The position numbers and the translations under genes are program-made. From Planctomycetota bacterium (lineage in GTDB: Bacteria; Planctomycetota; Phycisphaerae; FEN-1346), in assembly GCA_016872895.1 (NCBI GenBank), contig VGYT01000003.1, positions 1 to 50,013 of the forward strand: 50,013 nucleotides of DNA. Direction: 5' to 3'. Shown in pieces: positions 9,854 through 19,092 of this stretch (position 1 is its first letter; the number at the start of each line of letters is the position of its first letter). The notes beneath the pieces are model-generated. The model did not search any database. It was not told the origin of the DNA and worked only from the letters and a program-made list of their open reading frames with translations.

Positions 9854-9927
9854 GCCCCACGCACCGCGTGGGGATGGATGGTGCGGGCCGTTTATCCCCC
9901 GGCGGCGCCGGGGGCTTTGAACCATGC
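9854..9927 (+). mobile_element. MITE copy lacking the left terminal repeat
   Basis: GCCCCACGCACCGCGTGGGGATGGATGGTGCGGGCCG..ATCCCCCGGCGG.GCCGGGGGCTTTGAACCATGC, nearly identical to the 48201-48291 element. Confidence 0.9.
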
Positions 9928-10080
9928 GCCAACTGCGGGCCGAAGGCGTTCCGCGTCCTGGCGGCGGCCGGCATCAAGGTCTTCCTCGGGGCGACGGGGA
10001 CGGTTGGCGAGGCCGTGGCGGCATTCAAGGAAGGGCGGCTCGCCGAGGCCGCCGAAGCCAACGTCGAAGGGCATTGGTAG
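9928..10080 (+). pseudogene. C-terminal half of a NifB/NifX (dinitrogenase FeMo-cofactor / Orp) family protein
   Basis: ANCGPKAFRVLAAAGIKVF...TVGEAVAAFKEGRL.EA.EANVEGHW*; begins immediately after the MITE end. Confidence 0.75.
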
Positions 10081-10108
10081 CGGGGCAAACGAGCACCAAC
10101 ATGGAGAA

Positions 10109-10653
10109 ATGATGGACACCGAACACAGCCACCGCGGGGGAACGTGCGAGGCCGATCCGCGCAAGGAAACCGAGCGCCGCCGCAATGAGAACCTGCGGCG
10201 CATCCGCCGCGTCATCGCCGTCATGAGCGGCAAGGGCGGCGTCGGCAAGAGCACCATCGCCGCCTCGCTGGCCATCGGGCTGGCGCGGCAGGGCCTGAGG
10301 ACGGGCCTGCTGGACGTGGATTTCCACGGTCCCAGTGTTCCGACGCTCCTGGGCCTGGTCGGCCGGCGGGCCGTGTCCGATGGCGAGACGCTCCAGCCGT
10401 TTGAGGTTGCGCCCGGCTTGCGCGTCATGAGCCTGGGCCTCCTGCTGGGCGGCGGCGACGAGGCCGTCATCTGGCGCGGGCCGATGAAGATCGGCGTCAT
10501 CGATCAACTCCTGGGCGAGGTCGCCTGGCCGACTTCCTGGCTTCCGACGGCCCTGCGGCCCGGCGCTTGCTGGACCTCGCCGGGCAGATCGCCGGAGGCG
10601 CAACCTCACAGAAAGCGCCGGAGCAAACCGCTTCGGCAAACAAGAACCAATGA
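10109..10653 (+). pseudogene. mrp: Mrp/NBP35 Fe-S carrier ATPase with an internal deletion and frameshift
   Basis: IAVMSGKGGVGKST, LLDVDFHGPSVP, VIWRGPMK...EVAW. The sequence then jumps (~10528) to a C-terminal-like segment GPAARRLLDLAGQI in another frame; the DxPPGTGD region is missing. Confidence 0.8.
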
Positions 10654-10662
10654 GACCCCCGC

Positions 10663-10995
10663 ATGCGTTATGCACTGCCCACCGCCGATGGCCTTCTCGC
10701 CGCGCACTTCGGCCATGCCGACCAGTTCACGTTCGTGGACGTGAAGGACGGCGCGATCCAGAACATCCAGGCGGTCAAACCGCCGCCGCATGCGCCCGGC
10801 GTCCTGCCGGCATGGTGCAAGGAGCACGGCGTGGACATCGTCATCGCCGGCGGCATGGGGTCCCGGGCCCAGTCGCTCTTCGCCGAACAGGGCATCCAGA
10901 CAATCGTCGGCGCGCCGTCGGAGCCGGCGGACGAACTCGTCCGCAAGCACCTGGCCGGCACGCTGGCAACCAGCGATAACGTATGCGACCACTGA
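10663..10995 (+). CDS. NifB/NifX family Mo-Fe cluster-binding domain protein (probably the former C-terminal domain of an Mrp-NifX fusion)
   Basis: HFGHADQF, PPPHAPGVLP, IAGGMGSRA, NVCDH; in frame with the Mrp C-terminal remnant across a single TGA (10651-10653). Confidence 0.8.
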   Translation: MRYALPTADGLLAAHFGHADQFTFVDVKDGAIQNIQAVKPPPHAPGVLPAWCKEHGVDIVIAGGMGSRAQSLFAEQGIQTIVGAPSEPADELVRKHLAGTLATSDNVCDH

Positions 10996-11082
10996 TCAAG
11001 AAGCGCCTGGCATGATGGGATGCGATTTCGGTATGAGGCGTAAGGAACTCGCATCAGGGGAAACGGAAGACCATACCGACCT

Positions 11083-11275
11083 ATGAGTACGAATGCACGG
11101 TATGCAGCCACCGGTTCGAGGCCCGCCAGGCGATGACGAGGCGGCGCGGCTCGAACAACAAGACATCCTGGACGCCCTGGGCGGCCTGCCGGAAGGGGCC
11201 CGGCATTGCGCGCTTCTGGCCGCCAACGCGCTTAAGGCCGCCATCGAGAGTTTCAAAAACCGGCGGGCGGAGTGA
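11083..11275 (+). pseudogene. NifU/IscU-like scaffold remnant (C-terminal part only)
   Basis: EAARLEQQDILDALGGLPEGARHCALLAANALKAAI is the classic NifU-N C-terminal motif; the N-terminal Cys motifs are absent. Confidence 0.7.
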
Positions 11276-11352
11276 TGGCGAGGGCCGTGCGGCAAGTGGG
11301 GGGCGCGGCCCAGCGGTTGGCGCCGGGCCGGGCATCGCGTGAGGGTAACGAC

Positions 11353-11410
11353 ATGCCTCTTGACGAAGTCGAGATCGCCAGGGCGATTCTGGACCGGTAT
11401 CACGAGGTCG
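11353..11410 (+). pseudogene. Possible N-terminal remnant of a Thi4-type thiazole synthase
   Basis: MPLDEVEIARAILDRYHE resembles the Thi4 N-terminus (LDE..I.RAI..RY); only about 18 residues. Confidence 0.3.
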
Positions 11411-11527
11411 TCCCTGGGGCATCAGGAACTGGGGCGCCAACGGCTGGCGGGCACCCTCAAGCCGGGCGCTGGCGTCTGTGACCGCTGACGGCCCGACAAG
11501 GCGCCGTGGTGGCTTCGGAGAAGGGGG

Positions 11528-11582
11528 TTGACCGGCGGAGCCAGAATGCGTATTACTATCAGGTAGTAGTAAGTCCTATTAT
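11528..11582 (+). promoter_or_regulatory. Sigma70-like promoter overlapped by an AT-rich Fur/PerR-type operator region
   Basis: TTGACC-17 nt-TATTAC(TAT), followed by GTAGTAAGTCCTATTAT; an AT-rich island directly upstream of a Fur-family gene. Confidence 0.55.
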
Positions 11583-11593
11583 GGAGCGCGTCC

Positions 11594-12070
11594 ATGACGG
11601 TCTCGCGGGCGGAGACCCGGCGACGTGTGAGCCGATTCACCGAAACATGCCGCCGCAGGGGGCTGAAGGTGACGCACCAGCGCATGGAAGTCTTCCGCGA
11701 ACTGGCGGCCAGCGACGAACACCCCGACGCGGAGACTATCTATGAGCGGGTGCGCGCGCGGCTGCCCACGGTCTCTCGCGATACCGTGTACCGCACACTC
11801 TCGGCCCTGGAGGCGCAGGGCCTAGTAAGCCGCACGGACGTGCTCGGCGGTCCGGCCCGGTACGACGCCAACACGGCCCCCCACCACCACTTCGTCTGCA
11901 CGGCGTGCGGCAGGATCAGCGACTTCCGCAGCGAGGCGCTGGACGCTCTGCCGATCCCCCGGTCCGTTGAGTCCCTGGGCCGCATCGAGTCCGCCCATGT
12001 CCAGGTTCGCGGAGTCTGTTCCACCTGCGCGGCCCGGAAACGCAGGGCCGGACGCCGCCGGAGACGATGA
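11594..12070 (+). CDS. perR: Fur-family peroxide-responsive repressor (PerR-like)
   Basis: GLKVTHQR, HPDAETIY, TVYRTL, RYDAN..PHHHFVCTACG, GVCSTC; directly upstream of catalase. Confidence 0.8.
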   Translation: MTVSRAETRRRVSRFTETCRRRGLKVTHQRMEVFRELAASDEHPDAETIYERVRARLPTVSRDTVYRTLSALEAQGLVSRTDVLGGPARYDANTAPHHHFVCTACGRISDFRSEALDALPIPRSVESLGRIESAHVQVRGVCSTCAARKRRAGRRRRR

Positions 12071-12139
12071 CGGGCCGGGTGTGCCCGTGAAGCGTGAAAA
12101 CCCGAGAAACAGGAACCTTCAGACGCAAAGGAGCAACCC

Positions 12140-13648
12140 ATGGCAGAAGACAAGAGATTGACCACCGCCTCTGGAATGCCCGTTGACGACGATCAGAACA
12201 CGGTGACCGCCGGGCCGCGCGGGCCGGCCCTCATGCAGGACGTGCACCTGATGGAGAAACTCGCCCATTTCAACCGCGAGCGCATCCCCGAACGCGTGGT
12301 GCACGCCAAAGGGGCGGGGGCCCACGGGGTCTTCGAGTGCACGGCCGACATGTCGAAGTACACCCGGGCCAAGTTCCTTTCCAAGGCGGGGAAGAAGACC
12401 GAGGTGTTCGTGCGGTTCTCGACCGTCGGCGGCGAGAAGGGCTCGGCCGATGCCGCGCGCGACCCTCGCGGCTTCGCCGTGAAGTTCTATACCGAGGAGG
12501 GCAACTACGACATGACCGGCAACAACACGCCGGTCTTCTTCATCCGCGACCCGCTGAAGTTCCCCGACTTCATCCACACGCAGAAGCGCGACCCGGCCAC
12601 CAACGCCCCCAACCCCGACATGTTCTGGGACTTCCTCTCGCTTACGCCGGAGTCGATCCACCAGGTCACGATCCTCTTCTCCGACCGCGGTACGCCCAAA
12701 AGTTACCGCCACATGAACGGCCACAGCAGCCACACCTTCAAGTGGTACAACGCCAAGGGCGAGTACTGCTGGGTGAAGTACCATTTCAAGACCGGGCAGG
12801 GCATCCAGAACCTCACGCGGGAAGAGGCCACCCGCATGGCCGGCGAGAACCCGGACCACGCCACGCGCGACCTGCACGACGCGATTGAGCGACGCCAGTA
12901 CCCCGCCTGGCGGGTCTGCGTCCAGATCATGCCGCCCCAGGCCGCCAAGACCTACCGCTGGAACATCTTCGACATCACGAAGGTCTGGCCGCACGCCGAC
13001 TACCCTCTCATCGAGATCGGGCGGATGGTTCTCAACCGCAACCCCGCCAACTACTTCGCCGAGGTGGAGCAGTCGGCCTTCAGCCCGGGCAACTTCGTGC
13101 CGGGAATCGCCTCCTCCCCCGACAAGATGCTTCAGGCCCGGATCGTCTCCTACCACGACGCCCACCTGTACCGTCTGGGCCCCAACTACCAACTCCTGCC
13201 CATCAATGCGCCAAGAGCCTGCAAGGCCGGCAACTACCAGCGGGACGGCTACATGCGGCTGGACGATAACGGCGGCGGAGGGCCGAACTACTGGCCCAAC
13301 TCCATGGGCGGCCCCGCACCCGATCCGGCCGTGGCGGAGCCGCCTATCGACCTGGAGGGCCACGCCGCGCGGCACCCGCAGGAACTCACCGACGACGACT
13401 TCTTCCAAGCCGGGGAGTTGTACCGCCGCGTCATGACCGACACCGACCGTGAACACCTGGTTGGCAACATCGTTGCCCATCTGGGCAACGCCCAGAAGCG
13501 AATCCAACTTCGCCAGACCGCGCTGTTCTTCAAGGCCGATGCGGATTACGGGCGTAGGGTGGCTGCCGGCCTGGGCCTGGATGTCAAGGAGGTGCAGCGC
13601 CTGGCGGCGATGTCGCAGGCGGAGCGAGTCAAGGCGACCTCGGCCTGA
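12140..13648 (+). CDS. katA: Monofunctional heme catalase (small subunit)
   Basis: [15 protein letters not shown] active-site motif, [23 protein letters not shown], proximal heme motif RIVSYHDAH. Confidence 0.95.
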   Translation: MAEDKRLTTASGMPVDDDQNTVTAGPRGPALMQDVHLMEKLAHFNRERIPERVVHAKGAGAHGVFECTADMSKYTRAKFLSKAGKKTEVFVRFSTVGGEKGSADAARDPRGFAVKFYTEEGNYDMTGNNTPVFFIRDPLKFPDFIHTQKRDPATNAPNPDMFWDFLSLTPESIHQVTILFSDRGTPKSYRHMNGHSSHTFKWYNAKGEYCWVKYHFKTGQGIQNLTREEATRMAGENPDHATRDLHDAIERRQYPAWRVCVQIMPPQAAKTYRWNIFDITKVWPHADYPLIEIGRMVLNRNPANYFAEVEQSAFSPGNFVPGIASSPDKMLQARIVSYHDAHLYRLGPNYQLLPINAPRACKAGNYQRDGYMRLDDNGGGGPNYWPNSMGGPAPDPAVAEPPIDLEGHAARHPQELTDDDFFQAGELYRRVMTDTDREHLVGNIVAHLGNAQKRIQLRQTALFFKADADYGRRVAAGLGLDVKEVQRLAAMSQAERVKATSA

Positions 13649-13662
13649 TGGGTTGCCGAGCC

Positions 13663-14622
13663 CTAACGAGGCTGTTTTGATTTCGACGGCTTCTTCGCGG
13701 GCGTCGCCGGTCCTCGGGGTTTTTTCATGGCCTTCTTGCGGGAGGCTTTCCCGGCCGCCGCCTTTCGCAGGGCAGGACGCTGGGGGGCGGAGCCCTCTCG
13801 CCCGCCCGTCTTGCGGGGGGCCACGGTTTTCCGGGCGGCGCCCGCCCCGGCGGCCGGTGCTTGAGGCGCGGGTTTCCGCGCCGGGCTTGCCGCGGCGTCG
13901 CCCTGGCAAGCCGGGCCGATCTCAATGCCGAAGACGTCGGCCACGTCGTCCTCATCGAGGGTCCGTGCGCCGGCCGACCGCCTGGCCGCCACCTCCTGGG
14001 CGGCCTCCTCGCACACGAGTTCGGCGTGGTCCACGCCGCGCAGTTGGAACAGCAGTTCCGGCCGCTCGTCCAGCCGCGCGCCCACGCCGTACAGCACGGC
14101 CGCCACGTGCTTGCACATGTGTGCCCAGTCGGGGCAGGAGCACTCGAAGTCCATTTCCTTCGGCAGGGGGAAGAGGCCCCCCTGCCTGTCGGTGACGATT
14201 CCCATGACGTGGTCGGAAAGGCGGCCCTGAAGGAGTTCCAGCAGCGAGCCGACCTGCCCGCCGCAGCGGCTCTTGAGGTTGTTCCACCTGGCCGTTGGCA
14301 GCGTCTTGATGGAGACGCGGACGCTGTAGATCTCGGACCCGCTGACGACGGCCGCGACCTCGCCCCTGCCTATGGCCAGGTGGCAGACGGAGCCGTTGCG
14401 GACGTAGGTGCGTCCGCGCGGCAGGCGGTTGGCGAAGTCGCTGAAGGCCTCCAGGTGGTTGCACCAGGCCTCGCCCCAGAAGGTGGAGGCGATCTCGCGG
14501 CCGGCGATCTCGACCGGCTGCACGGCGACGCCCTTGCGGCGGAGTTTCTCCAGGTGCTTCCGCGCCTGGGCGCGGCGCTCGGCCATCGACACGTACGGTC
14601 TCCAGCCCCAGTCCCAACCCAT
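13663..14622 (-). CDS. SWIM zinc-finger protein with a Lys/Ala/Pro-rich C-terminal tail
   Basis: NRLPRGRTYVRNGSV; SWIM motif CSCPDWAHMCKHVAAVLY; downstream of the SNF2 gene. Confidence 0.9.
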   Translation of the reverse strand: MGWDWGWRPYVSMAERRAQARKHLEKLRRKGVAVQPVEIAGREIASTFWGEAWCNHLEAFSDFANRLPRGRTYVRNGSVCHLAIGRGEVAAVVSGSEIYSVRVSIKTLPTARWNNLKSRCGGQVGSLLELLQGRLSDHVMGIVTDRQGGLFPLPKEMDFECSCPDWAHMCKHVAAVLYGVGARLDERPELLFQLRGVDHAELVCEEAAQEVAARRSAGARTLDEDDVADVFGIEIGPACQGDAAASPARKPAPQAPAAGAGAARKTVAPRKTGGREGSAPQRPALRKAAAGKASRKKAMKKPRGPATPAKKPSKSKQPR

Positions 14623-14635
14623 GTTCTCTTCTCCT

Positions 14636-17338
14636 TTACTCTTCCTGAACGCGATGAACGTCGAGCCGCACGAGATTCAGTATCTCGCGGTCGCTCAGTT
14701 CTGTCAGCACGGCGGCGCCGCCGCCTTCGAGGAGGTCGGCGGCCAGTTGGACCTTGCTGCGGATAAGTTCATCGATGTGTTGCTCCACCGTGCCCTGGCA
14801 AACGAACTTGTGCACCAGGACGTTGCGGCGCTGGCCAATGCGGAACGCCCGGTCGGTGGCCTGGTTCTCGACGGCGGGGTTCCACCAGCGGTCGAAATGG
14901 ATGACGTGGCTGGCGGCCGTCAGGTTCAGGCCCGTGCCGCCGGCCTTCAGCGAAAGGACGAAGAACGGCGGGCCGTCCTCCCGCTGAAACGCCTCCACCA
15001 GGGCCTGGCGCCGGCGCACGGGCGTGCCGCCGTGAAGTACCGCGCCCGGCCGGCCGAAGGTCCCGCCCAGGAAACCGGCCAGCGGCTCGGTCATCTCGCG
15101 GAACTGGGTGAACACGAGGGCCTTTTCCTGGCGCGAGGCGATCTCCTCGGCAACCTCCCGCAAGCGGGCGAACTTGCCGCTCGCCGCCGGGTCGTACGTC
15201 CCGCCCCCCGACCACTGGTCCGGATGGTTGCAGATCTGTTTGAATCGCATCAGGAAGGCCAGGACCGCCCCGCGGCGCTCGATGCCGGCGACTGTCTCCA
15301 GGACCCGCGCCAACTCCCGCACCGACTGCTCGTAGAGGGCCGCCTGCTTTTTCGTCAGCGCGCAGTAAGCGTACACCTCGGTCTTCTCCGGCAGGTCGGC
15401 GATGACCGACCGGTCGGTCTTGAGGCGCCGCAGAATGTAGGGCGCCACCAGCCGCCGCAGCGGCCCGTACCGTCCGGCCGCGCGGTCCTCAAGGCGCTTG
15501 ACGAACTGCTTGAACGCGGCGGCGGAGCCCAACAGGCCCGGGCACAGAAAATCGAAGATCGACCACAGGTCCGACAGGCGGTTTTCGACCGGCGTGCCCG
15601 TCAGGACCACGCGGGCCTTGGCCCGGAGTTTCTTGACGGCCCGCGTCTGCCGTGCGGCAGGGTTCTTGACGGCCTGGGCTTCGTCGAGAACGGCCAGCAT
15701 CCAGGCCGTTTCGGTCAGCCACGGCTGGCGCAGCAACATGCCGTAGGTGGCGACGACAATGTCGGCGCCCCGGACAAATCGGGCGGGGTCGCTCGCGGCG
15801 GCCTGGAGTTCGTCGCCGTCGGTCTGCGACGGGTGCGCGAACCGCACGACCAGCGACGGCGCGAACCGCTCCAGTTCCGCCTTCCAGTTGGCCAAGAGCG
15901 ACGCCGGGGCCACCACCAGCGAGGGCGCGCCGGCGCCCTGCCGCTTCAAGAGGAGCATGAGCGCGATGATCTGGATGGTCTTGCCGAGGCCCATGTCGTC
16001 GGCCAGGCAGGCGCCGAGCCCGAGTTCCGTTAGAAGGCGGAGCCACTTGACCCCGGTCTGCTGGTAAGGCCGAAGCATCGCGCACAGTTCCGGCCCGGGC
16101 AGGTCGGCGGCGCCAGCCTCGGGTTGCCTCAGGGCCCGCAGCCGCTGCTCCAGCCACGGCCCGGCCTTCACCTCGGCCCAGGCGGCCGTCGCGTCGCTGT
16201 CCAACAGGGCCGCCTCGCCGGCCTCGATGGGCGCTCCTGCGAGCAAGCGCATGCCTTCCAGGAAAGAGACGCCGTCGCCGGCCTGCCGCTGGATGCGCTT
16301 GAAGTGCTCAAGGGCGTCCTGAAGTTTCCGGCGGTCGACCTCGACCCACCGACCCTTGAGGAACACCAGGCCGTCGTCACCGTTCAGGAGGTCGCGCCAC
16401 TCGCTTTCGGAGAGCGTTTCTCCGTCGAGCGCCACATCGACGCGGAAATCCAGGAGGGCATCGGCGCCCAGCGCCGTCTTCGGGCGGCCGCCCACCGAGA
16501 CGCTCACCCTGACGCGCGACGGCCTCTTGGCCCACCAGTCCGGCACGCGGACCAGAAGGCCGCTTTCTTCGAGCGCGGCCGCATCGCTGAGGAACCGCCA
16601 CGCCTCGCGCGGAGTCCACCGCAAGGGGTGGAACACGTCGCCGGAGTCCGCCAGCGCCTTCACCCAGTCGCACCGCTCGGCGGCCCGCTGGACGGGCGCC
16701 AGTAGGCGGACCAGCGCAGGCCGGTTCCTGGCGCCCGCATATTCCTCCAGTGCCCGCCCCAGCGGCTGGTACTGGACGCGGCGTCCGTCCAGAAGGCGGG
16801 GGGCGTATGTCGCGAGGAATGCGAAGGGGCACTCCGGGTCCCGCTTGTTCTCCGCCAAGTGGAAGCAGACCCGCCCCACGCGATGCCAGAGCGGACTTTG
16901 CTGCTTGAGCCATGCGGACAGGCCGCCTTCGGTGACGCTCACCTGCGCGCGGACTGCGCCGCCCAAGTCAGTCCAGAGCCGCCGAAGCGCTTCGGCCGAC
17001 AGGTACTCGCCCCCGCGCATCGGCGGGGCGCTGTCGGCAAGAGTCGCCAGGTCGTCCGGCGGCGACAGCGGTTCGAGGGCCGCCGCCTCGGAGGTTTCCG
17101 GGACGTGGCACAGGGCAGTCAGGTATCGTCCGGCGAAATCCCGCCAGTAGGCCGCCGCCGCACCCAAGGTTGCGGCTTCGCCCTGGGCGAGGCGAAGCAG
17201 ACCTTCCGGCGTCCCTTTCTGGAACGCCTCGCGCAGCCGGATCGCCTGTGCGTCCTCATGCGGCGCCGCTTGACCGCTCTCAACAGAAACGTCGACTGGC
17301 GCCAGGCGGCCGCCGGGAGTCAAGCCAAGATCGAACAC
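14636..17338 (-). CDS. SNF2-family (SWI2/SNF2) helicase/ATPase
   Basis: LRPYQ, LADDMGLGKT, LDEAQ, LTGTPVENR, LSLKAGGTGLNL, WWNPAVENQATDRAFRIGQ. Confidence 0.95.
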   Translation of the reverse strand: MFDLGLTPGGRLAPVDVSVESGQAAPHEDAQAIRLREAFQKGTPEGLLRLAQGEAATLGAAAAYWRDFAGRYLTALCHVPETSEAAALEPLSPPDDLATLADSAPPMRGGEYLSAEALRRLWTDLGGAVRAQVSVTEGGLSAWLKQQSPLWHRVGRVCFHLAENKRDPECPFAFLATYAPRLLDGRRVQYQPLGRALEEYAGARNRPALVRLLAPVQRAAERCDWVKALADSGDVFHPLRWTPREAWRFLSDAAALEESGLLVRVPDWWAKRPSRVRVSVSVGGRPKTALGADALLDFRVDVALDGETLSESEWRDLLNGDDGLVFLKGRWVEVDRRKLQDALEHFKRIQRQAGDGVSFLEGMRLLAGAPIEAGEAALLDSDATAAWAEVKAGPWLEQRLRALRQPEAGAADLPGPELCAMLRPYQQTGVKWLRLLTELGLGACLADDMGLGKTIQIIALMLLLKRQGAGAPSLVVAPASLLANWKAELERFAPSLVVRFAHPSQTDGDELQAAASDPARFVRGADIVVATYGMLLRQPWLTETAWMLAVLDEAQAVKNPAARQTRAVKKLRAKARVVLTGTPVENRLSDLWSIFDFLCPGLLGSAAAFKQFVKRLEDRAAGRYGPLRRLVAPYILRRLKTDRSVIADLPEKTEVYAYCALTKKQAALYEQSVRELARVLETVAGIERRGAVLAFLMRFKQICNHPDQWSGGGTYDPAASGKFARLREVAEEIASRQEKALVFTQFREMTEPLAGFLGGTFGRPGAVLHGGTPVRRRQALVEAFQREDGPPFFVLSLKAGGTGLNLTAASHVIHFDRWWNPAVENQATDRAFRIGQRRNVLVHKFVCQGTVEQHIDELIRSKVQLAADLLEGGGAAVLTELSDREILNLVRLDVHRVQEE

Positions 17339-17657
17339 GCCGATCTTCCTTCCTCATGCCGCGGCATCGTACCTGGCTCTTGGCCAGCCGGCAATAGCGC
17401 ACAAGAGGCCCCGCCTGGGTCGCGTCCGTGGACTGACCCGTTGACTGCGCACACCTGTGGGAGTGGTCCGCAGGCCACTACCCCCAGGGCATGTACGAAC
17501 TCACCGCGACAAGATGGACGTCGAGATCGAGAAGGCGGATGGCCGGGAATTGCTGTCCCGCCGGGTGACCGGATAATGCTGACACTTGGCCACTCACGGT
17601 TGAACCATCGACGACCAGTCCCTTGAGCGTGATGTAGGAATGGTCGGCGTCCACGAT

Positions 17658-18992
17658 CTAGAGCGTCCAGGCGCTGCGGTACTCGCGGCGAACGAATTGC
17701 TGCGCCTCCGGACAGTTGGTCACTTTCAGGTTGGGGCCGTCCCAGTCCAGTTTCTTCCCCGCCCGGAACGCAACGTTGCCCAGGAGGACCGTCTCCGTCA
17801 TCGGGCCGGAATAGCCAAAGTGGCACCCCGTGGGGCTGCCCGTCCTGCACGCCGCGACCCATTCGGCCCAGTGGCCGATCGAATCGGGAATGCTCTTCTC
17901 GGGCGGCTTGTAGTCCGCGAACTTGTCCTCGGGGAGCAGCACGAACTTCTGGGGGCTTACGGCCATTAGCCCCTTGTCGCCCACGAACAGGTAGCAGAGG
18001 GGCCATTCCTCCACCTTTTGGCCCTTGATGCGCGGCGACGACCGCCCCCAGTACCACGTGAACTTCAGCGGCGGTAATTCGCCGCGGGCGGCAAACTCGT
18101 ACTTGATGGTCATCCTGGCCGGCGTGCGCTCCGGATTCAGAAGGTCGCCTTCCGCCTCGACCGCCGTCGGGTTACGCAAGTCCAGGGCCCAGAATGGCAT
18201 GTCCAGGTAGTGGCAGCCGACGTTGCCCAATTCGCCGCCGCCGAAGTCCCACCAGAAATGCCATTCCCGGGGGAGGTAGCAGGGATGATAGGGGCGCATC
18301 GGCGCCGGGCCGATCCAGAGGTCCCAGTTCAGCGTCGGCGGCACCGGCGGCGTGTCGGCGGGCCGGCCTTTCCCAACTTTGGTCGAGTAGGGCGTGGGCG
18401 CTTCGCCATGTGTGGCGCCCCCCGCGGCCCACATGTCCAACTCCCGAGCCGTGCCGATCGCGCCTGAGCGGAGAACCTCGATCGCGCGGCGGTAGTTGCC
18501 GCTGGCGTGCATCTGCGTGCCCATCTGCGTCGCCACCTTCTTCTCGGCGGCCAGTTGCGCGAGCACGCGCGACTCATAGACCGAATGGGTCAGCGGCTTC
18601 TCGCAGTACACGTGCTTGCCCATGCGCATGGCCATCGCGCTGGCCGGCGCATGGATGTGGTTCGGGGCGCTCACGACCACCGCGTCGATTTCCTTGTTCA
18701 TCTCATCGAGCATCTTGCGGTAGTCCTGGAACTTGCGGACGTCGGGGTACTTCTCGAAGGTGGCGGCGGCGCGCACCTGGTCCACGTCGCACAGCGCCGC
18801 GACGTTCTCGTCTTTCAACTGGGCGATGTTGGCCGCGCCCCGGCCGCCGGACCCGACATACGCAATATTCAACTTCTCGTTTGGGGATTTCTTTTCGGCT
18901 CCATACAAGCCGCGCGACGAGAGGATCACCGCGCCTGCGCCGGCCAAGGCCGTATCATGCAACATCTTGCGGCGGGTCATACGGTTCGTCAT
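17658..18992 (-). CDS. Tat-exported Gfo/Idh/MocA oxidoreductase
   Basis: TRRKML twin-Arg, VGSGGRG, HVYCEKPL, TQMGTQ, WDLWIGPAP; RBS AAGGAG. Confidence 0.9.
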   Translation of the reverse strand: MTNRMTRRKMLHDTALAGAGAVILSSRGLYGAEKKSPNEKLNIAYVGSGGRGAANIAQLKDENVAALCDVDQVRAAATFEKYPDVRKFQDYRKMLDEMNKEIDAVVVSAPNHIHAPASAMAMRMGKHVYCEKPLTHSVYESRVLAQLAAEKKVATQMGTQMHASGNYRRAIEVLRSGAIGTARELDMWAAGGATHGEAPTPYSTKVGKGRPADTPPVPPTLNWDLWIGPAPMRPYHPCYLPREWHFWWDFGGGELGNVGCHYLDMPFWALDLRNPTAVEAEGDLLNPERTPARMTIKYEFAARGELPPLKFTWYWGRSSPRIKGQKVEEWPLCYLFVGDKGLMAVSPQKFVLLPEDKFADYKPPEKSIPDSIGHWAEWVAACRTGSPTGCHFGYSGPMTETVLLGNVAFRAGKKLDWDGPNLKVTNCPEAQQFVRREYRSAWTL

Positions 18993-19092
18993 GACTTGTC
19001 TCCTTAGTGTTCTCACTGGGCCCTCCTTCTTCCTCTTTCCCCCGTGAATACACGGCGGGCTGTATCTGAACCCTGAAATTTCATGTCTGAGA

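Noticed and set aside
10651-10653. Selenocysteine recoding of the in-frame TGA
   Set aside because: It sits in a variable linker, not at a conserved Cys position, and no convincing SECIS is visible.
9830-10744. Intact 304-aa Mrp protein
   Set aside because: The N-terminus comes from MITE/NifX sequence and the C-terminus is out of frame after a deletion.
9928-11275. Nitrogen-fixation gene cluster
   Set aside because: NifX- and NifU-like domains occur widely outside nif systems, and there is no nifHDK here.
11276-11352. TPP riboswitch upstream of the Thi4-like stub
   Set aside because: The conserved CTGAGA and downstream TPP core motifs are absent.
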